Shown: in pieces, positions 1 through 9,280 of the stretch
Position numbering within the stretch: position 1 is the first letter of the stretch
Layout: the number at the start of each line of letters is the position of its first letter
Notes under the pieces: generated by a model
What the model saw: only the letters and a program-made list of their open reading frames with translations
What the model was told of the DNA's origin: nothing
Database searches by the model: none
Program-made: the position numbers and the translations under genes
NCBI RefSeq assembly: GCF_006345805.1
Contig: NW_021823716.1
Location: 1-22,162, forward strand
Direction: 5' to 3'
Source: Octopus sinensis
Taxonomy: Eukaryota
Length of the DNA stretch: 22,162 nucleotides

Positions 1-390
1 GTTACCGTGGTCTTTTTCGTAGGCTTTTCTTCCCACGGATAAACCTTACTTGCTTTCCCCTTTACACCATATATCATAACACTGTGATACACGATCCCTA
101 TTGATCGTTTTTTTTTTACTCTTTCACTTTTTTCCCCTTTTTTCTTCTTTTTTCATTTCCCTTTTCTTTTGTTCCTCTTCCTTTTCTTCTTTCTTTTATT
201 TTTATTTTTTATTTTTTATTTTATTATTTTTTGTTCTTTTCTTCCCTTTTACGATCCCTCTTGATCGAAAACCTACGCCACCCCTTTTTTTTGTTTCTTT
301 TGTTTTTTGTCTTTTTCATCCCCCAAAAGAAAAGCTCTACCTTGTAACTTGTCCCATCTGTGTGCAGCCCTGTGTGGCCAATAAAGAAAC
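1..390 (+). mobile_element. Tx1-clade LINE copy A, 3' UTR only (element continues upstream of the window)
   Basis: Same motif order as the 3' UTRs of copies C and D: CCGTGG..CCACGG stem, two CGATC-N5/6-GATCG hairpins around a T-rich tract, and terminal CAGCCCTGTGTGGCCAATAAAGAAAC followed by TATC repeats. Confidence 0.85.
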
Positions 391-391
391 T

Positions 392-476
392 TATCTATCT
401 GTGTGTCTGTCCGTCTGTTTGTCTGTCCGTCTATATATCTACCTATCTATCTATCTATCTGTCTATCTATCTGTCA
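392..476 (+). repeat. Degenerate (TATC)n/(TGTC)n microsatellite directly after copy A
   Basis: Read directly from the sequence. Confidence 0.9.
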
Positions 477-879
477 TCGACTGATTTGCACTAGTCGGCC
501 GCCGACGTCGTGGATATTACCGTAATTTTACCGCCAAGCAGTGTTTAGGCATAAGCAAAGTTTAGGTCAGTTAACACATGTGTGTAACACGATCCAACTG
601 TTAAAACGCATATCCATTGCAGTTAACACGGAGAAAAATTCTCTCTGTAGTTTCACACCCTGTCAGGATTCACAGACATTGTTTCCCGTCTCTTTCAGGT
701 AGTTTCATGATAATCAATATTTCAATGTTGTCCTTTATATCGACCTAGACGTGTACGGTTCTTTAGTGGTTTAAATGGGAGTTAACCCTTACAAATTTTG
801 CTTCCCTTATGAATAATTGAATCATATGTTCCAGTTTTATAAGGGTCATATATCTATCTGGGTGACGGTTTCACTTGTA

Positions 880-1059
880 TTTCGTCTGCCGTTACGTTCT
901 GAGTTCAAATTCCGGCGAGGTCGACTTTGCCTTTCATCCTTTCGGGGTCGATAAATTAAGTACCAGTTACGCACTGGGGTCGATATAATCGACTTAATCC
1001 GTTTGTCTGTCCTTGTTTGTCCCCTCTGTGTTTAGCCCCTTGTGGGTAGTAAAGAAAGA
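880..1059 (+). mobile_element. 5'-truncated tRNA-type cephalopod SINE with Tx1-like tail and 13-bp TSD
   Basis: Matches the reverse complement of the full copy at 2621-2852 (GTTCAAATTCC B-box-like motif, GTCGACTTTGCCTTTCATCCTTTCGGGGTCGAT core). GGTTTCACTTGTA occurs at 867-879 and 1060-1072. Confidence 0.85.
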
Positions 1060-1413
1060 GGTTTCACTTGTAGTTCATTATTTGGATAAATATGGTGATG
1101 GCTGTAACGGTTACGGGATTAAATGGACCTGATGTTCAATTTTAACCATGTTATGATAGATTTGAGATTAGATTTCTCTCTCTAACACACACACATGGGA
1201 ACTAGCGCAGAAGCAAATTCTCGCATGCACGCAGTGAAAATTCATACTGCATCCAGAGTGATAATTTTAGAACTAAAGAAATTATTCTGATCAAAATAGA
1301 CAAGTAAAACACTTCAGAGTGTTGCCAAACCATGGCTGCGGTTCAAAAATTGATGCCAGTGAAAACTCACAGATATCCATATATTCATTCATGTATATAA
1401 GCATAAATAATAC

Positions 1414-1544
1414 GTATATATATGTGTGTGTGTGTGTGTGTGCGTGTGTGTATGTATGTATGATATAAATGTATTATATATATATATACATACATACATA
1501 CATACATAAACATATATATATGTATATATATATATGTATATATA

Positions 1545-1577
<33 letters not shown>

Positions 1578-1590
1578 AAGATAGATACAG
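1414..1590. repeat. Compound (TA)n/(TG)n/(TACA)n microsatellite
   Basis: Read directly from the sequence. Confidence 0.9.
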
Positions 1591-1597
1591 ATATGGG

Positions 1598-1700
1598 GAC
1601 GGGCTTCTTTCAGTTTCCGCATAACAAATCCGCCCACAAGGCTTTTGTAGAAGACATTTCGCAGTGGGACTGAACCCAGGACCATGTGGTTGATAAGCAA
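1598..1700 (-). mobile_element. Fragment of OR-like octopus SINE (5' half, internally deleted)
   Basis: Reverse complement matches the head of the 8809-9241 SINE (GGTTCAGTCCCACTGCG and GGAAACTGAAAGAAGCCCGTC). Confidence 0.75.
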
Positions 1701-2162
<462 letters not shown>

Positions 2163-2164
2163 TC

Positions 2165-2330
2165 TTGTTTAAAGAAGCACCATGATTCACTGGCTGCTTT
2201 TAAAAATGTTAAATAATTGAATAAGTTCCTTGGCTTCAATAGGAAGCGTATTCCACCATTTCCGGCACTTCTGAAAGACAAAAATTTTGTCTGCTCACAC
2301 AAGTCTTACGATTGTTCGTTATGTTTCATC
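2165..2330 (-). pseudogene. Possible decayed 3' end of a CR1/L2-type LINE ORF2
   Basis: Frameshifted minus-strand reading LSFRSA..WWNTLPIEAKEL..TFLKAASESW resembles the WNSLP..FK C-terminus of CR1/L2 proteins. Short and recognised by eye only. Confidence 0.4.
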
Positions 2331-2459
2331 CATAATTAAAAAGTTTTCAAGACTTTCAGTAATTCAAAGTTTGCCTAACTTTAAATTATAATACATAATT
2401 CCCCCCCCCCACACATTATTTTATTCTTTTACGCGTTTCAGTAATTTGACCGCCGTTAT

Positions 2460-2600
2460 GTCGAACCGCGAAGTTACGGAGACATCGGTTGTCAAGCGAT
2501 GGTGGTGGGAGCCTACAAGCATAAATACAAAGGCACACACATTATATATATATACGACGGGCTTCTTTCAGTTTCCGTCTACCAAATCTGCTCACAAGGC
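2460..2600 (-). mobile_element. Middle fragment of OR-like SINE
   Basis: Reverse complement gives CTTGTGAG..GATTTGGTAGACGGAAACTGAAAGAAGCCCGTCG-(TA)n-..CGCTTGACAACCGATG..GCGGTTCG, as in the 8809-9241 SINE. Confidence 0.75.
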
Positions 2601-2620
2601 AGATATATGAACTTATACCT

Positions 2621-2852
2621 ATTTCTTTACTACCCACAAGGGGCTAAAGACAGAGAGGAAAAACAAGGACAGACAAACGGATTAAGTCGATTACATCGAC
2701 CCCAGTGCGTAACTGGTACTTAATTTATCGACCCCGAAAGGATGAAAGGCAAAGTCGACCTCAGCGGAATTTGAACACAGAACGTAACGGTAGACGAAAT
2801 ACCGCAAAGCATTTCGTCCGGCATGCTAACGTTTCTGCCAGCTCTCCGCCTT
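2621..2852 (-). mobile_element. Full-length tRNA-type SINE with Tx1-like tail and 9-bp TSD
   Basis: Head AAGGCGGAGAGCTGGCAGAAACGTTAGC, then GTTCAAATTCC, core, and tail TAGCCCCTTGTGGGTAGTAAAGAAAT. CTTATACCT occurs at 2612-2620 and 2853-2861. Confidence 0.85.
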
Positions 2853-2869
2853 CTTATACCTTATACCTG

Positions 2870-3131
2870 TCTATTTTCTTATATACTCCTATGTGAGTTT
2901 TACCTGTGGGGGGTTACACAAATGAGGAGGTGCACAAGACAAAACCTCGCACACTGGAGGATTGGAGACACGGATTCAGGAGATTCTCAAAGATACGCAA
3001 GACGACATCCTTCAGAAGGATGTTCATTACATCCATGGCCGTTTGAGGAAACTGGTTGACGTAATAAACTTGTAAAAGGAATCTGGATTTTATTACCTAT
3101 TTTTAATTGTACTTACTTTTCACCCAACCTG
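2870..3131 (+). mobile_element. Tc1/mariner-superfamily transposon remnant: transposase C-terminus plus right TIR
   Basis: Frameshifted reading FYLWG..EEVHKTKPRTLED(L)ETRIQEILKDTQDDILQKDVHYIHGRLRKLVD resembles the DFFLWG..KPRTLEEL C-terminus of maT/rosa-type transposases. Ends ..CACCCAACCTG followed by TA. Confidence 0.7.
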
Positions 3132-3152
3132 TATGTATATATATATATATAT

Positions 3153-3184
<32 letters not shown>

Positions 3185-3264
3185 TATATATATATATACG
3201 ACGGGCTTCTTTCAGTTTCCGTCTACCAAATCTGCTCACAAGGCAGATATATGAACTTATACCT

Positions 3265-3495
3265 ATTTCTTTACTACCCACAAGGGGCTAAAGACAGAGA
3301 GGAAAAACAAGGACAGACAAACGGATTAAGTCGATTACATCGACCCCAGTGCGTAACTGGTACTTAATTTATCGACCCCGAAAGGATGAAAGGCAAAGTC
3401 GACCTCAGCGGAATTTGAACACAGAACGTAACGGTAGACGAATACCGCAAAGCATTTCGTCCGGCATGCTAACGTTTCTGCCAGCTCTCCGCCTT
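3265..3495 (-). mobile_element. Duplicate of the 2621-2852 SINE
   Basis: Second unit of the 644-bp duplication. Confidence 0.85.
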
Positions 3496-3512
3496 CTTAT
3501 ACCTTATACCTG

Positions 3513-3772
3513 TCTATTTTCTTATATACTCCTATGTGAGTTTTACCTGTGGGGGGTTACACAAATGAGGAGGTGCACAAGACAAAACCTCGCACACTGA
3601 GGATTGGAGACACGGATTCAGGAGATTCTCAAAGATACGCAAGACGACATCCTTCAGAAGGATGTTCATTACATCCATGCCGTTTGAGGAAACTGGTTGA
3701 CGTAATAAACTTGTAAAAGGAATCTGGATTTTATTACCTATTTTTAATTGTACTTACTTTTCACCCAACCTG
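3513..3772 (+). mobile_element. Duplicate of the Tc1/mariner remnant
   Basis: Second unit of the 644-bp duplication. Confidence 0.7.
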
Positions 3773-3846
<74 letters not shown>

Positions 3847-4146
3847 CATACATTTCAACAATTGAGGGTAAAATTAATTAATTAATCAATTTCACCAAGT
3901 ATTCAGTATGCAAAGGGTCCATTTAAGGCGAATTCAAATTATTACATTATACAAAAGGGCTTAGTAAAATAAATTACTTTGCCGCATACTGAACTCATTA
4001 GAAATAGCAGCCAAAAAAAAAAAAAAAAAACTTTTCTAAAACTATTTCTAATACTTAAAGAAAACCTCTCTCATATAGTGTTTGCTCAATTCAACTCACG
4101 AAAGTATGGGGGTAGAGACATTAAAAAATCAAATGCAAAGGTTATT

Positions 4147-4199
4147 TGAGAACGTACGTTTCAAGATTAGTCAAACTCGACATTTCTATCATCAGCTCA
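4147..4199 (-). ncRNA. Type I hammerhead ribozyme motif L1
   Basis: Minus strand reads UGAG CUGAUGA UAGAAAUGUCGAGUUUGACUAAUCUU GAAAC GUAC GUU CUCA: core boxes present, stem I UGAG/CUCA. Confidence 0.75.
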
Positions 4200-4711
4200 G
4201 AACTCCCTGGTTTGGATTTGAAAACACTGAAAGTGGGAGCATACCCTTTCGGCTTCTTCTCGCTTCTGAAGATCTGCTCGACACTAACAGTGCCAACAAA
4301 CTCAAAAATGCAAGCGAAGAATTTCTGCTCTCCCCTTTCCACCAGCGTGGGTTAAAATCAGTAAACACTATGCTTTTTTACGGTAAAATCCGAGGCATTA
4401 TATAGAGAGAGATGAATTATAATTTCAACAATTGAGGGTAAAATTAATTAATTAATCAATTTCACCAAGTATTCAGTATGCAAAGGGACCATTTAAGGCG
4501 AATTCAAATTATTACGTTATATAAAAGGGCTTAGTAAAATAAATTACTTTGTCGCATACTGAACTCATTAGAAATAGCAGCCAAAAAAAAAAAAACTTTT
4601 CTAAAACTATTTCTAATACTTAAAGAAAACCTCTCTCATATAGTGTTTGCTCAATTCAACTCACGAAAGTATGGGGGTAGAGACATTAAAAAATCAAATG
4701 CAAAGGTTATT

Positions 4712-4766
4712 TGAGAACGTCGTACGTTTCAAGATTAGTCAAACTCGACATTCTATCATCAGCTCA
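4712..4766 (-). ncRNA. Type I hammerhead motif L2 (extra 3 nt near stem III and 1-nt deletion in stem II; variant or read error)
   Basis: Same motif with small indels. Confidence 0.55.
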
Positions 4767-5275
4767 GAACTCCCTGGTTTGGATTTGAAAACACTGAAAG
4801 TGGGAGCATACCCTTTCGGCTTCTTCTCGCTTCTGAAGATTGCTCTCGACACTAACAGTGCCAACAAACTCAAAAATGCAAGCGAAGAATTTCTGCTCTC
4901 CCCTTTCCACCAGCGTGGGTTAAAATCAGTAAACACTATGCTTTTTTCGGTAAAATCCGAGGCATTATATAGAGAGAGATGAATTATAATTTCAACAATT
5001 GAGGGTAAAATTAATTAATTAATCAATTTCACCAAGTATCAGTATGCAAAGGGACCATTTAAGGCGAATTCAAAATATTACGTTATATAAAAGGGCTTAG
5101 TAAAATAAATTACTTTGCCGCATACTGAACTCATTAGAAATAGCAGCCAAAAAAAAAAAAACTTTTCTAAAACTATTTCTAATACTTAAAGAAAACTCTC
5201 TCATATAGTGTTTGCTCAATTCAACTCACGAAAGTATGGGGGTAGAGACATTAAAAAATCAAATGCAAAGGTATT

Positions 5276-5328
5276 TGAGAACGTACGTTTCAAGATTAGT
5301 CAAACTCGACATTTCTATCATCAGCTCA
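5276..5328 (-). ncRNA. Type I hammerhead motif L3
   Basis: Identical core to L1. Confidence 0.75.
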
Positions 5329-5838
5329 GAACTCCCTGGTTTGGATTTGAAAACACTGAAAGTGGGAGCATACCCTTTCGGCTTCTTCTCGCTTCTGAAG
5401 ATCTGCTCGACACTAACAGTGCCAACAAACTCAAAAATGCAAGCGAAGAATTTCTGCTCTCCCCTTTCCACCAAGTGGGTTAAAATCAGTAAACACTATG
5501 CTTTTTTCGGTAAAATCCGAGGCATTTATAGAGAGAGATGAATTATAATTTCAACAATTGAGGGTAAAATTAATTAATTAATCAATTTCACCAAGTATTC
5601 AGTATGCAAGGGACCATTTAAGGCGAATTCAAATTATTACGTTATATAAAAGGGCTTAGTAAAATAAATTACTTTGCCGCATACTGAACTCATTAGAAAT
5701 AGCAGCCAAAAAAAAAAAAAAAACTTTTTAAAAACTATTCTAATACTTAAAGAAAACCTCTCTCATATAGTGTTTGCTCAATTCAACTCACGAAAGTATG
5801 GGGGTAGAGACATTAAAAAATCAAATGCAATGGTTATT

Positions 5839-5891
5839 TGAGAACGTACGTTTCAAGATTAGTCAAACTCGACATTTCTATCATCAGCTCA
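5839..5891 (-). ncRNA. Type I hammerhead motif L4
   Basis: Identical core to L1. Confidence 0.75.
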
Positions 5892-6392
5892 GAACTCCCT
5901 GGTTTGGATTTGAAAACACTGAAAGTGGGAGCATACCCTTTCGGCTTCTTCTCGCTTCTGAAGATCTGCTCGACACTAACAGTGCCAACAAACTCAAAAT
6001 GCAAGCGAAGAAATTTGCTCTCCCCTTTCCACCAGCGTGGGTTAAAATCAGTAAACACTATGCTTTTTTCGGTAAAATCCGAGGCATTATATAGAGAGAG
6101 ATGAATTATAATTCAACAATTGAGGGTAAAATTAATTAATCAATTTCACCAAGATTCAGTATGCAAAGGGACCATTTAAGGCGAATTCAAATTATTACAT
6201 TATATAAAAGGGCTTAGTAAAATAAATTACTTTGCCGCATACTGAACTCATTAGAAATAGCAGCCAAAAAAAAAAACTTTTCTAAAACTATTTCTAATAT
6301 TTAAAGAAAACCTCTCTCATATAGTGTTTGCTCAATTCAACTCACGAAAGTATGGGGGTAGAGACATTAAAAAATCAATTGCAATGGTTATT

Positions 6393-6445
6393 TGAGAACG
6401 TACGTTTCAAGATTAGTCAAACTCGACATTTCTATCATCAGCTCA
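6393..6445 (-). ncRNA. Type I hammerhead motif L5
   Basis: Identical core to L1. Confidence 0.75.
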
Positions 6446-6780
6446 GAACTCCCTGGTTTGGATTTGAAAACACTGAAAGTGGGAGCATACCCTTTCGGCT
6501 TCTTCTCGCTTCTGAAGATCTGCTCGACACTAACAGTGCCAACAAACTCAAAAATGCAAGCGAAGAATTTCTGCTCTCCCCTTTCCACCAGCGTGGGTTA
6601 AAATCAGTAAACACTATGCTTTTTTCGGTAAAATCCGAGGCATTATATAGAGAGAGATGAATTATAATTGGCATGAATTATGTTGGCACTGTTAGGTGTC
6701 GAGCAGATCTTCAGAAGCGAGAAGAAGCCGAAATGGTATGCTCCCACTTTCAGTGTTTTCAAATCCAAACCAGGGAGTTC

Positions 6781-6833
6781 TGAGCTGATGATAGAAATGT
6801 CGAGTTTGACTAATCTTGAAACGTACGTTCTCA
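6781..6833 (+). ncRNA. Type I hammerhead motif R1 (predicted cleavage after U6829)
   Basis: TGAG 6781-84, CTGATGA 6785-91, stem II 6792-6817, GAAAC 6818-22, GTAC loop, GTT 6827-29, CTCA 6830-33. Confidence 0.78.
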
Positions 6834-7343
6834 ATAACCTTTGCATTTGATTTTTTAATGTCTCTACCCCCATACTTTCGTGAGTTGAATTGAGCAAACA
6901 CTATATGAGAGAGTTTTCTTAAGTATTAGAAATAGTTTTAGAAAAGTTTTTTTTTTTTTGGCTGCTATTTCTAATGAGTTCAGTATGCGGCAAAGTAATT
7001 TATTTTACTAAGCCCTTTTATATAATGTAATAATTTGAATTCGCCTTAAATGGTCCCTTTGCATACTGAATACTTGGTGAAATTGATTAATTAATTAATT
7101 TTACCCTCAATTGTTGAAATTTAATTCATCTCCTCTCTATATAATGCCTCGGATTTTACCGAAAAAGCATAGTGTTTACTGATTTTAACCCACGCTGGTG
7201 GAAAGGGGAGAGAGCAGAAATTCTTCGCTTGCATTTTTGAGTTTGTTGGCACTGTTAGTGTCGAGCAGATCTTCAGAAGCGAGAAGAAGCCGCGAAAGGG
7301 TATGCTCCCACTTTCAGTGTTTTCAAATCAAACCAGGGAGTTC

Positions 7344-7396
7344 TGTGCTGATGATAGAAATGTCGAGTTTGACTAATCTTGAAACGTACGTTCTCA
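7344..7396 (+). ncRNA. Type I hammerhead motif R2 (stem I strand TGTG instead of TGAG)
   Basis: Core intact; one stem I mismatch. Confidence 0.65.
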
Positions 7397-7897
7397 AATA
7401 ACCTTTGCATTTGATTTTTTAATGTCTCTACCCCCATACTTTCGTGAGTTGAATTGAGCAAACACTATATGAGAGAGGTTTTTTTTAAGTATTAGAAATA
7501 GTTTTAGAAAAGTTTTTTTTTGGCTGCTATTTCTAATGAGTTCAGTATGCGGCAAAGTAATTTATTTTACTAAGCCCTTTTATATAATGTAATAATTTGA
7601 ATTCGCCTTAAATGGTCCCTTTGCATACTGAATACTTGGTGAAATTGATTAATTAATTTTACCCTCAATTGTTGAAATTATAATTCATCTCTCTCTATAT
7701 AATGCCTCGGATTTTACCGAAAAAAGCATAGTGTTTACTGATTTTAACCCACGCTGGTGGAAAGGGGAGAGCAGAATTCTTCGCTTGCATTTTCGAGTTT
7801 GTTGGCACTGTTAGTGTCGAGCAGATCTTCAGAAGCGAGAAGAAGCCGAAAGGGTATGCTCCCACTTTCAGTGTTTTCAAATCCAAACAAGGGAGTC

Positions 7898-7950
7898 TGA
7901 GCTGATGATTAGAAATGTCGAGTTGACTAATCTTGAAACGTACGTTCTCA
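7898..7950 (+). ncRNA. Type I hammerhead motif R3
   Basis: Core intact; 1-nt indels in the stem II region. Confidence 0.65.
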
Positions 7951-8459
7951 AATAACCTTTGCATTTTTGATTTTTAATGTCTCTACCCCCATACTTTCGT
8001 GAGTTGAATTGAGCAAACACTATATGAGAGAGGTTTTCTTTAAGTATTAGAAATAGTTTTAGAAAAGTTTTTTTTTTTTTGCTGCTATTTCTAATGAGTT
8101 CAGTATGCGCAAAGTAATTTTTTTACTAAGCCCTTTTATATAATGTAATAATTTGAATTCGCCTTAAATGGTCCCTTTGCATACTGAATACTTGGTGAAA
8201 TTGATTAATTAATTAATTTTACCCTCAATTGTTGAAATTATAATTCATCTCTCTCTATATAATGCCTCGGATTTTACCGAAAAATGCATAGTGTTTACTG
8301 ATTTTAACCCACGCTGGTGGAAAGGGAAGAGCAGAAATTCTTCGCTTGCATTTTTGAGTTTGTTGGCACTGTTAGTGTCGAGCAGATCTTCAGAAGCGAG
8401 AAGAAGCCGAAAGGGTATGCTCCCACTTTCAGTGTTTTCAAATCCAAACCAGGGAGTTC

Positions 8460-8512
8460 TGAGCTGATGATAGAAATGTCGAGTTTGACTAATCTTGAAA
8501 CGTACGTTCTCA
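8460..8512 (+). ncRNA. Type I hammerhead motif R4
   Basis: Identical core to R1. Confidence 0.78.
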
Positions 8513-8703
8513 AATAACCTTTGCATTTGATTTTTAATGTCTCTACCCCCATACTTTCGTGAGTTGAATTGAGCAAACACTATATGAGAGAGGTTTTCTT
8601 TAAGTATTAGAAATAGTTTTAGAAAATTTTTTTTTTGGCTGCTATTTCTAATGAGTTCAGTATGCGGCAAAGTAATTTATTTTACTAAGCCCTTTTATAT
8701 AAT

Positions 8704-8725
8704 ATATATATATACATATATTTTT

Positions 8726-8765
<40 letters not shown>

Positions 8766-8808
8766 TGTATATATATACATATATATGTATATATATGTAC
8801 ATATATAT
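8704..8808. repeat. (TA)n-type microsatellite at the right end of the array
   Basis: Read directly from the sequence. Confidence 0.9.
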
Positions 8809-8989
8809 GGGCGCAGGAGTGGCTGTGAGGTACATAGCTTGCTTACCAACAAAATGGTTCCAGGTTCAGTCCCATTGCGTGGCACCTTGGGCAAGTGTCT
8901 TCCTCTCTAGCTTCGGGCTGACCAGATCCTTGTGAGTGGATTTGGTAGACGGAAACTGAAAGAAGCCCGTCGTATGTATATATATATAC

Positions 8990-9026
<37 letters not shown>

Positions 9027-9241
9027 TTTGTATGTTTGTGTGTGTGTATTCGTCACCCGCATATAGCTCGACAACCGATGCTAGTGTGTTTACATCTCCA
9101 TAACTTAACGGTTCGGCAAAGGAGACTGATAGAATAAGTACTAGGCTTACAAGAGAATAAGTCCTGGGGTCGATTTGCTCGACTAAAACGGTGCTCCAGC
9201 ATGACCGCAGTGAAATAACCGAAACAAATAAAAGAAAAGAA
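8809..9241 (+). mobile_element. Full-length OR-like octopus tRNA-derived SINE with internal (TA)/(TG) microsatellite
   Basis: Head GGCGCAGGAGTGGCTGTG (A-box-like) and GGTTCAGTCCC (B-box-like), central microsatellite, CTGGGGTCGAT..TCGACT core, A-rich tail. Family name is from memory, not from a database search. Confidence 0.85.
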
Positions 9242-9242
9242 C

Positions 9243-9277
<35 letters not shown>

Positions 9278-9280
<3 letters not shown>

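Larger units (their letters stand above)
2554..3851 (+). repeat. Direct tandem duplication, 2 x ~644 bp (units start at 2554 and 3198)
   Basis: The two copies differ only by a few 1-nt indels and by microsatellite length. Confidence 0.92.
3852..6667 (-). repeat. Left arm of hammerhead-containing tandem array: 5 units (starts 3852, 4422, 4989, 5548, 6111; period ~559-570 bp); ribozyme sense is the minus strand
   Basis: Near-identical units read directly from the sequence. Confidence 0.95.
6681..8703 (+). repeat. Right, inverted arm of the array: partial 6681-7120, full 7121-7678, full 7679-8238, partial 8239-8703; ribozyme sense is the plus strand
   Basis: Reverse complement of the left-arm unit. 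Confidence 0.95.

Noticed and set aside
478-640. Small palindromes after copy A (CGACT..AGTCG, CGACGTCG, ACACATGTGT)
   Set aside because: Too short to distinguish from chance.
4255-4290. CTGAAGA on the strand opposite the ribozyme, as a possible second hammerhead
   Set aside because: No correctly placed GAAA or NUH and no stem I/III pairing follow it.
4082-8670. Recurring 60-140 aa ORFs (MLNSTHESMGV.., MRTYVSRL.., MERGEQK..) in the array
   Set aside because: They break at different points in different units, mostly use non-ATG starts, occur on both strands and have no recognisable domain. The RNA motif explains the conservation better.
3852-8703. Array read as CRISPR-like or as centromeric satellite
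   Set aside because: There are no unique spacers and the context is eukaryotic. The array is short and TA-flanked. A centromeric role cannot be supported from sequence.
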